From Zygnema circumcarinatum SAG 698-1b (Eukaryota; Plantae; Zygnematophyceae), in contig CM074812.1 of NCBI GenBank assembly GCA_037447605.1, positions 3,316,803 to 3,380,802 on the forward strand: a DNA stretch of 64,000 nt. Direction: 5' to 3'. The position numbers and the translations under genes are program-made. Position 1 is the first letter of the stretch; each line of letters begins with the position of its first letter. Positions 34,666-48,879 of the stretch are shown one piece after another. The notes below the pieces were generated by a model. It was not told where the DNA came from and did not search any database. It was given only the letters and a program-made list of their open reading frames with translations.

Positions 34666-36067
34666 ATAAGCTTCTAGTTTCTACTCCTGAAGTCATCTTC
34701 ATCTTGCCTAGCTGAGTGTAAAGACTGACTATAGTCACATTGTCTTTCACATCATACATCTCCTCTAGACACTTCCACATGGCAGGGGAGGTTTTCTGAT
34801 CATACAGCATAGAGGATGGACTTCCTCTTACGCTTGGTAACGTATGCCAGTCGGGCTTTATTGTCCTTGGCCTCCATCAATGCAAGAGCGCCGCGTCGTG
34901 CTCCGCTCAGCCGGTTGAGGCTGATGCCAGTGACTCCGGCACCTGATGCTCCATCAGACGTGTCCAACAACCCTTTGCCCACAAGCAACGATCTGCATCT
35001 CCACGCTTTGTAATCCCGCCCATCGAACGCCGGTATGCTGAACTTGACGTGGTCCTCCGAGTCTCCATGAGCTCTGATACCACTTGTTGGTGCAGGGACT
35101 CCTGCACTGCTGCCGGCTTCTCCACTCGCATCACCTTCCATCGGAGTTCGCGTTCCAATCGATGATGACATTTCCCAAACTCTCACATTCACTCATAGCC
35201 CATTTTTACTAGCGGAGTGAACCTCTCAGATACTAGCGCAAAATGACGAGAAGAAAGTAGAGAAAACTCTGGCTCTAAAACTCCTTAATAATAATCTTAT
35301 CAACACAAAATGAGAGACCCTCTCTCAAATAGCCCAATAAACTCAAAAGCCCACTACCTCGCAAGCACAGCCATGTGATATTTAGCAACACGAGCATCGG
35401 CTCTTAGACCTACAATAGCTCAATTGATAAGTCAAAGTTAAAGATTAACAACCAAACAAAACAACACACTATATACTATGCACAACATGCGTAAAGCCTA
35501 CCATACAGCAAAGCTCACAACATCAAATCCAGCAAGGGCCCTGTCCCGATCCTAATGCTGCGCGATCAAGATGCTCGTCACTAGCGCGATCCGTCTTATT
35601 CCTCCGTCAGATCCGACTTGGCCTCTAAGCTAATCCACCATCTGCGCCGTAAGTGTGACCCCGCCTCCAAGATTGATGGCGCGTCAAAACCCCGCGTCGT
35701 CGCTCACCGACATCTGGCGCCGCTCGTACAATGATGAATGGCGACGCCGACATTTTGACGCCGCATCATCAAGTGCAAAGTCCATCAATCCAAAGGTGGC
35801 GCCGCGCCATAGCTTCGATTCAGCGCGCGGGTTCGCGCGTCGCGCCACATCTGCGTCGACTCGCGCCGCGTCACAGCCACATCACTTCCGATCCGTGGCG
35901 TCGCCGCCTCGTAGCTTACTGAGTTCCGCGCAGCGCGCCTCTTCCACCGACCAAATGTCCGTACCGCCGCCTACTAACTTAGGCGCACACCGCCGCCAAG
36001 GAAACACACAACACAAACACACAAAACTAATGTTCCAACAAAACATGCTAACTATCATACACTAACA
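34666..36067 (-). mobile_element. gag: Copia family-B 5' LTR (35085-36067), PBS and start of gag
   Basis: gctctgataccact PBS complement; MSSSIGTRTPMEGD...TSGIRAHGDSEDHVKFSIPAFDG. Confidence 0.85.
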
Positions 36068-36860
36068 CGAGACACCGCGTAGTCGTGACGGTGGCGTGAA
36101 GCCGCGCACACGCGTGCACTCGGGCATTGTAAGCCGACAATACAATGCGCGATGCGAAAAACGTAAAAAAAAACCAAATAGGGCCAAATAGAGCCATTTC
36201 GTTGCCTGTCGAGAACGTGACAAACGCTCGATGACGAAACTGCTACGGAACAACCGCGATATCATCTCCTGTTCTCCACCTCCTCCCGACTTCCATTTCT
36301 TACACTCGCCTGTATACCACTATAAAAATTCCCTAGTAGTGCTCCGTTGTTCAGAAATCTACGTGAGCCAAGCCTTTGTCTCATGACCTTGCGAGTTCTT
36401 TGCCTCCTCCAACAACTGTCATTTCTTGCTGCCAGAGAAGCCGGGAATGGCGACAAATAATGATTGGTGGAGGAGGAGGAGGAAGGAAGGAGGAGGAAGG
36501 AACATGGAGTGTGGTGAAAGGGAGAATGGTGGAAGGGCAAAGGAAGAAAGGGAGAGGGTGTTGAGGAAGGAGGAGGAGGAAGAAGGTGTGAGGGAAGACG
36601 CGGAGGAAGGAACATGGAGTGTGGTGAGAGGGAAAATGGTGGAAGGGCGAAGGAAGAAGTTGAAGAGGTGTTGAAGAAGGGATGGATTCCTAGCTCACAA
36701 CCCCATCAACCAAGCCAACCCAGTCTCTCAGCCACAGCCTCTGATCCGCCTGCTTAGTCGTCGCGGTCAAAACTTCCGCAGTGTCTGCTCAAGTCACAAG
36801 TTCGGTCGGCCCAGTCGGTCAGTTAAGTTGTCCGTCGTTTTTTTTTTTCATTTTCAGTGT

Positions 36861-36943
<83 letters not shown>

Positions 36944-37206
36944 TGTGTGTGTGTGTGAGGATGTGTGTGTGTGTGTGCGTGTGTGTGTGTGTGTGTATTT
37001 TCGTGTGTGACGTTTACAAACAAAACAACAAACTGACAAGTCAGTCAAGTTAGTCAGTCCATCTGCCTTGAGTCCGTCTGTCAGCCAATCATTCAAAGTC
37101 AGTCAGTGTTTGTTCAGTCAGTCGGCAATTCGTCGACCAAGCCTTTGACTGCGTTCCAGTAGTCAGTCATCTCTGGACTTAAAAGATATTACAGTCCTCT
37201 GGACTT

Positions 37207-40200
37207 TGTTGGTGGAGGGACTCCTCCACTGCTGCCGGCTTCTCCACTCGCATCACCTTAGTGAGAGTCGCATTACGATCGATGATGACATTTCAACTAG
37301 CATACACTCGTGTGGCCCATTTTACTCACGAGTGAACCTCTCAAGTATGGGCGGCGGAATGGCGAGAGAAGGATAGGAGAAAGCTCTTGGCTCTAAAACT
37401 CCTTAATAGTGATCTTATCAACACAAAATGAAGAACCCCTCTCAAATGGCCCAATAAACTGGAGGCCCACTACCTCGCGGCACAAGCAATGTGGGTGTTT
37501 CGCAACACGACATCAGCTTCTCAAGTCTTCAATAGCTGCGTTGATAAGTCAAAAATTAAAGATTAACAACCAAACAAAACAACACACTATATCTATGTCA
37601 CAACATCCGTGATCTCCCCATGCACGAAGCTCACAACATCGGCTGCAGCGGCCCACAAGGCCCTATCCCGATGCTAATGCTTGGCCGGTCGGATCCTCGT
37701 CAGCTCACACGATCCCGTCTCCTCCGTAGGACCCAACGCTGTCTGATCCACCGTCTTGCGCGTAGGTGTTGACCCCACCTCCAAGGGTGATGCACGTCGG
37801 ACTCCACCATGAGCCATCACACGCCACCGACATCTGGCGCCGCTAGAGTCAATGATGATCGCGCGCGACATTTAACACCGCGTCACGTGAGTGAATCCGG
37901 CCCGCTCCAAAGGCTGGCGCCGCCACGTCCAGCTCCGCTGGCGCGCGGCTCGCGCGTCGCGCCACATCTCCAATCGCTGCGCGCCACGTCCCCACGCAGC
38001 GTTACTTCCGATTCATCGCGTCGCGCCTCGTCACTTCTGACTCCGCCGCGCCGCGCCTCTTCCACCGACCAAATGTCCGTACCGCCGCCTACTAACTTAG
38101 GCGCGCACCGCCGCCAAGGAAACACACAACACAAACACACAAAACTAATGTTCCAACAAAACATGCTAACTATCATACACTAACAATCCCCCTCTTTGGA
38201 ACTCCTGCTCCCGCAGACCCCGGCCCGATGGGCCTCCCGTGACTGAGCATGCTCCACTAACTCCCTTTGTTTAGCCTATCTCCGTCCCACCCTTGGTGCC
38301 TACGAACTTCACCCTGGATCAGGGCCCTCCTCGACGAACTCTCATACATGGGTGGTATCACCGAATGTGCTTGGTCCTCTTGTGGAACACGGGTTCACAG
38401 GGCGATCGGCAAAGTTGGTGTCGGTAAACAAGGTAAGTCGTCGTGGTCCCTCTTGCATTCTTCAAAGAGCTGCGTGAACCACACTCCTTCCCCTCGAAGC
38501 AGACAGCACCCGTGTACTGGCCTCCCGTGCTCGATGGCCGCCACGAGTCCTGCGACTTGGAACTAACCAAAAATCGCTCCTCCTCCATTAAGTAAACAAA
38601 ACCCAAAGTCAACGTGACAATGTCGACATCTATCCCGAGTCTGAGTCTGTATAGCCAATCACTTTGGGTGGCCCCCTCTGAGTGTTACTGTGACATTTGA
38701 CAATCAGCGTCCCTTCACATGTCTCGAAAATCCTCTTCGCTGCCTCCCCAATGCTAGAAAACTAGATTCTCCATGAATCGGCTGGCCGAGCTCACCGCTT
38801 TCGCCAAGTCCGGACGCGTTCCGATCATCAAGTACATTAGACTCCCAATCGCGGATCTGTATGGCACTCCGAACATCTTTTGTGCCTCCGCATCCGACGA
38901 AGGTGACATCTCCTTCGAAAGCCTAGTGCCGATCTCCATGGGGCTGGAACACGGCCTAGCATCCTCCATTCGAAATCAGCACATATGAAGCATACCTTAT
39001 TTAACATAGAAACAAGCTTACCTCCTGCCCCTTCTTCACTGCATTCCAGCGGTGTACGCTCTCCAGTGGCATTTTGAAATTTGCTGAAGCAATTCCTTCA
39101 AAGAGTCTGATTCTTTAAGAAAAGCTCACCATCAGTGAGGAATCGTCGACATAGATTCCAACAAACATGATGCTGTCCCCTTCTCCTGACGCAGTGAATA
39201 ATCTGTCTCAAACCAAGCAAAGTCATTCCTCCTGGGAGGTCAGTCATCTTTCGTCCACACTCGGCAGCCTGCTTCAAGCCGTGCAGACTCTTACAAGTCG
39301 GCAGACTAGGTGCTCTCCAGGAACGACCTTCCCCTGCGGCTGCTCATGTGAGTCCTGCGTGGGGTCACCGTGCAAAAATGCGTCTTGATGTGCGGTGATG
39401 GGCGTGCATTCTCAAGCCCACTGGATGGAATGAGGCTGTCAAGGAATTGAACTCCTTTGAGCGAGACGTCTCCATGTGCATGGTCCCACTCTGCTGGCAC
39501 CTGCTTGCGCACTAACCGCGCCTTGTACCTATCCACGCTTCCGTCTGCCTTCCTCTTGACTTTGAAGACCCATTTGCAGCCGATAGCTCGCCTCCCTTGA
39601 GGCAGCTCCTCCAATCTCCACGTGCCGTTCTCGATCAGGCTGTCCCATTCGCTATCAATCGCAACCCGCCACTTATCGCCATCGACTCCGTCGTGCGCCT
39701 CCTCAAAGGTCTGTGGCTCGGTAATCATGAAACAGTGGGCAACTCCCACAAGGTCAGCTGAATCTGATGGCACTCTCTCTTGGATCAGATTGGTACCAGG
39801 CAAAAATCGATCTGGTCGCCTCGTGTCTCGGCCGCTCCTCCGGACTGTCTTCGCACTTCGGCCTCTCGGGTAGAAATAGAGTCCGGGAACAAATCCTAGG
39901 GGCATGTTCGCTAACATTGCCTCCCTGCTCAACCACTTGAGTCCTCTGAGTCTTAACGTGAAGACGGACCAACACAGCTGAGCTCTCCTCTTCACCATTT
40001 CGATGATCTGAAGGGGAAGTGACCCTGGCTGAGCTGTCCAGCTCCTCCGCATACGCTGGCCGGGCGTCTCTCATCATGGCCGGCTCAGCCTGTGCGCACG
40101 CTGGCTCGGCCTGCTCGTGCGGCGTGCTGGCACCACGCAGCACCACCTTCTGTCCAGGCTGTTTCTCCCTCCTCATTGTATGGATCTCTGGAAGTCGACC

Positions 40201-42657
40201 TCGACGGAGGTAAGATGTAGGAGTCTGCAACACGCTCAACCACACTGTCTTCATCAAGCTGTGATGTCTGGTGGAGAATTCCCTTGGTCAAAGGGTGCAA
40301 ATCCTGTAGGTGCGGGCTCTGGTGTTGTAGGCCGAGCACGTAGCCCTCACAGCTGGGGGTCAAAGCTTCTTCCTATGTCGCGCCTGGGCGGTGCAGCCCA
40401 GCATGACGCCAAACCCTGGGGTGGGAAGCTGTGGGCTTCCTCACACTGCACATCTGCTCAAGGACCTGGTCTTTCAAGACAGAAGACGGACATCTGTTCC
40501 TAATGTAAGCAGCCGTAGAAACTGCTTCTCCCCAAAAGGAAGCCGGAAAGGGGGAATCAATCAACATGGTCCTGGCCATGTCCCCCAATGTCCTATTCAC
40601 ACGTTCAGCTGCTCCATTACTCTGTGGGGAATAGGGGGCAGAGAATTCATGCCTTATACCGCGGTTCTTCAGGAACCCTGCAAACTCCTTTGATTTGAAT
40701 TCGCCGCCATTGTCTGAGCGCAAAGCCTTCAGCTTCTGTCCTGATTCTGTCTCCGCCTGGTTCAGCCAATCTCGAAAGGCTCCGTAAGCCTCTGACTTGT
40801 TCTTCAGGAGTGTAATCCAAATCTTCCTCGAATAGTCGTCAAGGAAGGTGACGAAGTACCTCGCTCCGCCACTGGTCGCCGGTGTAACTGGGCCACACAA
40901 GTCAGAATGTACCAGTTCCAACTTCTCTCGCGCTCGATAGGACTCGTCTCCACTCCTCACGAATGGTCTCCTGTGCGCCTTGCCCTCCACACATTCTCGG
41001 CGGACCCCCGACTCCTTCTGCACTGTACACCCGGGTCTGGCCCACGACTGGCCCCCTCTGGCCCAGCGGCTTCAGTGCCTCTGTGGTGTAAGTGACCAAG
41101 TCTACGATGCCATACATCTACGGCATTCTCTGAAACTGCATTCACCTCCTCATGATTCACCCTCTTATAATCAAGATAATACAGCCCTCCTCTCTCATAA
41201 CCCCTGAACAGCCGTCTCCCAGTTTCTGAGTGGATAGCCACGCATGACTTCTCCTCAAACAGAACACTGTATCCCTTCTTGCACACTTGGCTCACAGACA
41301 TGAAATTCTGCATGAGGCCAGGGGTGTGAAGAACATCACCAATGAGCAGTTTCTCCTGAACATCGTCTTCATTGATGACTGAGCCGTCTCCAAGGACCAT
41401 CCTCACGGCTCCACCTCTCGTCACAGTGACTCCTTCACCGGTTGCTGAATGAACTGAGCGAGCCTTCTCCAAGTTGTCGAGCTTGGAGAACATCGATGTG
41501 TCTCCGCACATANNNNNNNNNNGCAACCCTTTGCCCACAAGCAAAGGCACCAACCTCCATCTCCACGCTTTGTAATCCTGCCCATCGAACGCCGGTATGC
41601 TGAACTTGACGTGGTCCTCCGAGTCTCCATGAGCTCTGATACCACTTGTTGGTGGAGGGACTCCTCCACTGCTGCCGGCTTCTCCACTCGCATCACCTTC
41701 CATCGGAGTTCGCGTTCCAATCGATGATGACATTTCCCAAACTCTCACATTCACTCATAGCCCATTTTACTCACAGAGTGAACCTCTCAGAATATGCACA
41801 GCGGAATAACAGAGAGAAAAGGATAGGAGAAAGCTCTCGGCTCTAAAACTCCTTAATAATAATCTTATCAACACAAAATGAGAGACCCCCTCTCAAATAG
41901 CCCNNNNNNNNNNAGTGGCGAATCGGAAGGCGCCACGTGTCGGGTTAAAGGGAAGGCCTGTACGGCCTAGGTCGGTGGCGCTCGTAGGCTTACGGGGTCC
42001 CACATGACGCCAAGTAATGAGGAGTCAGATCCTACGGTGGAGGACTCGGATGGAGATAAGGCTGAGGCGGATCTGACGGCATTGATGTGCTGGATCCGTG
42101 CAAGCTGAGGAGGATCCGACGGCGCGAGATTAGGATCGGGATAAGGGTCTTGCAAGGCGTAGCATGTGCGGCCGTGACGTGACAATGTCACTAATGGCGC
42201 CATATTGTATTTAAGGGTTAGATTGTTTGGTAGAAGTTAACCTTCTCGTGACTCACATTGGGAGTGAGGCTATCTTGCTTAGGGCCAAGGAGATAGTGGG
42301 AAGAGTTCAGCTTGTAGTGGGTGGTTTATTCACGTAGCTTGAGAAGAGGTGCTTGAAGCTTGGCTCTAGTGTTGTCAAGTTGTATTTCATCTTTATCTTA
42401 AGGAGTTTTAGGCTGGTGGCTTTCTCCTTACATTTTCATATTTCCGCTGAGTTGTTCTCTTGCATTTAGTGTGCTTTGTGTGATTGAGCAATTCATTGAA
42501 GATGTCGAGTTCTACAAGTGCTAGAGGAGAAGTGGCAGCCCCACCAAGGGAGGGCGCTGCAACCACACTTAGGCGCGCACCGCCGCCAAGGAAACACACA
42601 ACACAAACACACAAAACTAATGTTCCAACAAAACATGCTAACTATCATACACTAACA
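37207..42657 (-). mobile_element. Full-length Ty1/Copia family-B element, error-rich; LTRs 37207-38185 and 41647-42657
   Basis: 5-bp TSD GACTT (37202-37206, 42658-42662); PPT at 38186; PBS 41633-41646; IN (LELVHSDLCGP, RSDNGGEF) and RT/RH motifs. Confidence 0.9.
41934..42567 (+). mobile_element. Copia family-D LTR inserted in the 5' LTR of the family-B element
   Basis: Homologous to the reverse complement of 8687-9100; family-B LTR sequence resumes at 42568. Confidence 0.75.
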
Positions 42658-42677
42658 GACTTTAAAGAGAAATCGTT

Positions 42678-42742
42678 GGAAATCGCAGGAAATCGCTGGA
42701 AATTGCTGGAAATCGCTGGAAATCGCTGGAAATCGCTGGAAA
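42678..42742. repeat. 10-bp tandem repeat GGAAATCGCT, about 6 copies
   Basis: Read directly. Confidence 0.85.
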
Positions 42743-42862
42743 TTTTGAAAAGCTGGACATTTTAAAATCCTGGACATCTGGAAATTTGGACATTTCGCAG
42801 TTTTGAAAATTACCAAAAAAAAAAAAAAAAACTGATAAAAATGACATCATGANNNNNNNNNN

Positions 42863-45349
42863 GGTAGACAAGGACAAACTCATCCATGCGGACGAACATT
42901 TCGTTCATCACAGCTTGGAATGTAGCCGGAGCGTTGGTCAGTCCAAAAGGTAGCACCTTGTACTGGAAGTGACCAATCGGCGTCCGAAATGCTGTCTTAG
43001 GCACATCGGCATCCGTGACACGGATCTGATGGTACCCTTGGGCAAGGTCGAGCGAGGTGAAGACCTTCGCCCCTTGCAAACGATCCAGCAGATCATCTAT
43101 CCGCGGTAAAGCAAACCTGTTCTTTACCGTGATCTTATTGAGTGCTCGATAATCGATGCACATCCTCAAAGACCCATCCTTCTTACCGACGAAGAGGATG
43201 GGAGCTCCAAAAGGGCTCTGGCTGGGTTCAATCCAGCCCTTATCTCGCAGATTAGCGAGTTGCTTTCGCATCTCCTCAGTCTCCTTCGGACTAAGCCTAT
43301 AGATAGGCCTCCAAGGAGGTTTCTGTTCTGGCTCAAGGGGTATGGTATGCCCCACCCCTCGGGCTGGAGGCAAACCCCTTGGCAGATCGTCTGGGAACAC
43401 ATNNNNNNNNNNCTTGGTAATTGAAGCCCAAGCCGCACGCAATTCCCGTAGGAATTCAGCCACGCTTCCAGTCTGCATGAGCGACTGGAACCTGTCCCGT
43501 GCAACAGCACTGGGGTCCAGGATGCCAAAGTGTTTGAGAAGTTCCGACTCGAACTTCTCAAAGTCTTTGCCGATTAACGCCTTGCGGCCGGCATAGACGC
43601 TCCATGCCACGCCCCTCAAAGCGGGTGAAGCAAAGTTCACCCATTGATCGGGAGGGCATTGGGTAGCACACAGGTACCCACGCACCTGCCCCAGCCAATG
43701 ATCAATTGGGCAGTCGGTGCACGCGTCGCATCCCCATGGCGAGAGATCGGAGGGACTCGCCCGAGGGTCTCTGCAAAGCCGGGCGACCCCCAATGGCCGC
43801 CCCGGCCCGCCAAAGAAGACCGCCTCGTAAGGTGGATTGCCGCCTGGCGTCCGCCACCTCCTTCGGCGAACGCCGCCGGGCCTGCTCCCCGCCGAAGCGG
43901 CGCTGGGGCCGGCGCCGGGCGGAGCCCCAGCCCCTCGTGGCTGGGAGCGCCCCGTGGACCCACGCCCGCTGCCAGAGGCAGCCGGACGAGCAGAGGGTCC
44001 TTGCACACCTACGGGCGCTGCAGCTCCTCTATTTCCCCCCCTAGGAGCTGCCGCCTCTCCTACTGTATCAGCAAATGCTACAGGAGGAGGGGTTGTGGGC
44101 TTACCAGTGGCTGGAGGGGGAGGGTCCTCGCGGTTCTGCCGGCCCTGCTCAAAGATCTCGCCGAGGAGGCGCCCCACGTTCTGCTGGAACGCGTCCTGCT
44201 GGCTCGCCATCCGAGCCAGCGCCTCCTCCAGCGCGGAAAAGCGCTTATCCGCGCTGGCCTCCGCTCGGCGGAGGACTTCATCCCCATCCACGGGGATGGG
44301 CACCCCCATACTCACCGGGGGTGCTCGGGTGCTCCGCCCGCCGAAGGGGGCAGCCCCTGCCGACCTCTGTCGGGGCGCCTCAGGTGGAGGCGCTGCCGCT
44401 CCCTGCGGCTGCGACTGGCGCTGCTCCTCTGGCAGCGGCTGGTCGCTGAGTTCCGGCCCCCGTGAAGAAGAAGGGGCAGCCGGAGGTGGGGCCGAAGGCC
44501 CAGGGCCCGTGTCCATGGGGTCGCCGAAATCGCGCCCCTGGTTCGCGCCCATGTCCACGTCCTCCTCCGAATCTGGAGAAGGGGGAGGTGAATGGCGCGA
44601 CGCCATCTGTTTCGGCCGCGCTTTCGGCATGACTGCGCGGCGCGTGCTGGCCCCCTCCCAAAAGAAGTTCCCGAGGCTCTAAACTCGGCTCTGATACCAA
44701 TGTAACACCCTGCCCCCTGGCAGGCTGCTCTGAGAGTCTAAGTGTCAGGAGAGGAAGAGAGAGAGAGAAGAGCGTGAGCTCAATGCTGGTACAAAGAGCT
44801 CGGATGGCCTCCCATCCGGGCGCAGCCCCCTTAAGCTCCCCCCTTCGAACCCCCTACCAGCATGGAGGACCGGGAGCGGGACTGCCCAATCAGAGCCCGC
44901 CGCGTGGCGGTGATCCTTAGCCGAGTTATCGGCTGAGGACAAGCCCGTGGTCTCGCCGCATCTCACGGGGCGCGTCGCGTCGCGGCGCGCCGTCGTGCAG
45001 CGGCGCACGGCTAAGTCTGACAGAGTCAGCCCGTCCGTACAGTACGGACGGTACTTGTCAAAAGATGCCGCCGCATCTCGTGGGTCGCGCCGCCGTGCGG
45101 CGCGCCGACGTGCGGCGGCGCGCGGCCAGATCTCTGGCCGCGGGATCCGTAAGTCGGTGCGTCCGTACATCTGTACGGACGACCAGTACGATCCAAAAGA
45201 GATCCTTTGCACGCCACAAGGATCGAGCCCAAGACCTCCTGCGGTCTTGGCAGCGTCCTAACCTATCCGCTAGGCGCTGAGATGAAGGGATAGTCATAGT
45301 ATCACTATGAGTACGCCCTGGTCACGCCAGAAGCGCTGCTACGCTTACA
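42863..45349 (-). mobile_element. Ty3/Gypsy retrotransposon: 5' LTR (about 44701-45349), PBS, gag (from 44630) and RT fragment (42863-43401)
   Basis: PBS complement ctctgatacca at 44689-44699; RT motifs [50 protein letters not shown]; LTR 5' boundary estimated. Confidence 0.92.
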
Positions 45350-45627
45350 TAATGCCACACTCTTGCATTGTACGCCAAATAACCCCGAAAGATTTCTCTC
45401 GGAAGGACCCGTCCCGATATAGCGATGTTCGAAAAGATCGACAAAATTTCGGAAACATAAGATCTTCATGAAAAAAGGTCCGTACTTACGCTCACACCCA
45501 TGTATTGTATAGCAAATAACCCTGGAAAGATTTCGGAAGGACCCGGTCCTGGATATGGTGATGTTCGCATTCTTCATCATTTTCTTCATCATTTTCTGAA
45601 TTGTTTTTTTTTTTTTTCATTTTTTGT

Positions 45628-46560
<933 letters not shown>

Positions 46561-47144
46561 GAAGACAAAATGAGGCCTCATTCTGTCGTCGCAGTTTGTG
46601 TGTGGTTTTTTTTTGGTTTTTTTCCCATTTTAGGGCTACGTGGCAACACCTGATTGGATAACAGACATCCAAAAACACACTACCGCACCAACGTGGCAAT
46701 TTCTGACTGGATAAGAAGTATAACTAATTCCGTTCGTGCTAACCAATAGGAATGCACCACGTGGCCACTTTAAACACGCTGCGCAATTACCCTATTTACA
46801 TTAATACGTCCCGTAAAACATTCAAACCAAAAACTGTCGTACATAGAAAACGACACGTGGCAATGACAGAATGGGANNNNNNNNNNAGTACGCAATATAC
46901 CCCATTTTCTGCGCATTCGATCCAACAAAACGCACAACCAATCAGGACGCGCGACGTGGCAACGTCAGACTCGCGGCAACTATACCCCATTTTCATTAAA
47001 TTAATCTTTCACAACATAATCGAATCTGTCGTACGGATCAAAACGACCGCAAAGCTTTTGCCTACGGCAACGCAAAAATGTGTCCGGGCATCTTCTCCGG
47101 AACGTACCACACTATATGATTGTACGGTTACACATCACGATAGA

Positions 47145-48211
47145 GGGTAGTGTTATTTCCACCCCTTTTTTGCATCAAAACACCCTTCCCGGCCGGGCAG
47201 ATTTCAAAAAGGATTATGAACGGAAAATGCTTTTTCACACCTTTTTGGAATCGATACCCCACCTTCTTCCATCGGGCAGATTTTATTTAGCAAAACAAGG
47301 AAAATGGTACAGTACCCCGTCACCACATCTTGAATATCCCGCCTCCCTGAATTTTTTTTTTGAGGGAAAAAAAATATCTGCCTGCCCGAATCAGCTCCGA
47401 GCGGAAGATCCGCCCGCCACGAGATTGTTCCGGTTGTGCGTCCTCACACGTGTGGTCAATCGCAGCTGCCGATTCTCTCGCAGATCGCACCACAGCAGCA
47501 CCGTTTGATTTTCAGCCGGGCTCTGTCACAGCGAATGACACGTGCCCACGTATCCCGCCAAAGCCGTCTCAAAAGTGGGTCCGTACAAACTTCGTACGGT
47601 CGCAACTTCGAGGAAACGCAAAATATTTTGTACATTTAGAGCTTCAACCAATCAAAACGTGCCATGTCATAAATATAACACGCGGTAGATGTTGATTGGC
47701 TGGAAGTGGACAATGGCGAGCCGCCGCAGGCTGGCCGGTCCAGCTCATAATTTTACGAAGATCTAGGGCCGAGGGACGCGCGCACTCGCACGTGCCATAC
47801 GGCTTTGGCGAGACCCGTGAGCGCTTGGCATTCGCTGGGATGGAGCCCGGCAGATCAAAGGCTTATCTGCCGTGGGGCGATCTGCCAGGGAATCGACGGC
47901 TGAGATTGACTGCACTTGTGAAGGACGCACACCCGCGAACGATCTCGTGGAGGACGGATCTTCAGCCCCGAGCGGATTCGGGCAGACCGATATTCTCTCA
48001 AAAAGAAAATTCAGGGAGGCGGGATATTCAAAATGGGGTGATGGGGTATCATTTTCCTTGTTTCACAAAAAAAAAAACTTGCCCGACGTATCGAGGGTAT
48101 CGATTTTAAAAAGGTGTGAAAAAAGCATTTTCCGTTTTCAATCCTTTTTGAAATCTACCCGGCCGGGAAGGGGTGTTTTGATCCAAAAAAGGGGTGGAAA
48201 TAACACTACCC
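47145..48211. mobile_element. Foldback / long-TIR non-autonomous element (MULE-like; superfamily uncertain)
   Basis: About 420-bp imperfect inverted arms (47145-47565 vs 47790-48211) beginning GGGTAGTGTTATTTCCACCCC; related copies at 24133-24265 + 29458-29840; no TSD found. Confidence 0.75.
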
Positions 48212-48269
48212 AAAAACAAAAACAAGTCAGCCACAACCCAAGATGCCCAGGAAGCCCACCCGCTCGCCC

Positions 48270-48740
48270 GCCCGCCCGACAGAAGATGCCGTCCCCGCCT
48301 GCGCCTGCGCAGAGAAGATTCCCGGACACATTTTGTTTGTCGCATTAGGCCTCTGCGAAGATTCCTTGCCTCCGCCGACGCGCGCCGTACGGTGGCGGCT
48401 GCCCGCCTGAAGATGCTGTCCCCGCCTGCGCCCGCGCAGTAAAGATGTCCGGACACATTTTATTTGTCGCATTCTGCCTCTCGAAGATTCCTCGCCTCCG
48501 CCGACGCGCGCCGTACGGTGGCGGCTTGCCATCCCCGCCCGCGCCAGCGCAGAGAAGATTACCGGACACATCTTTTTTGTCGCATAGGGCCTCTGCGAAG
48601 ATTCTTCGCCTCCGCCGACGCACGGCCGCCACTGGTCTGGCAGCACCTGACGACAGCGCCCGTCGCGGCTTTACCGCCCAAGCGACAAATAGTACCGCGC
48701 CGTACGGTGGCGGCTGCCCGCCCGCGGGTCCGTGCGTAGC
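48270..48740. repeat. GC-rich tandem repeat, about 120-bp unit, 3-4 copies
   Basis: Recurring ...ccggacaca...gtcgca...gaagatt...gcctccgccgacgcgcgccgtacggtggcggct. Confidence 0.8.
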
Positions 48741-48879
48741 CGGGCGGCGGGTGGCGGTGGTGTAGTCCTCACTCATAACAGACAGAGGATCTTCCGCGAC
48801 CTCTGCGACCGCGCTCATCACTTGGGTGAAGTCAAGTCTCTCTAAAGACAAACAGCCTCTCACAGAACATTCTGAAGTC

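Noticed and set aside
43644-44682. Long plus-strand ORFs (273 and 281 aa)
   Set aside because: Antisense shadows of the GC-rich Gypsy gag
47145-47152. CACTA/TAGTG words suggesting CACTA elements
   Set aside because: They point outward from the foldback arms, with no 3-bp TSD or matching partner TIR
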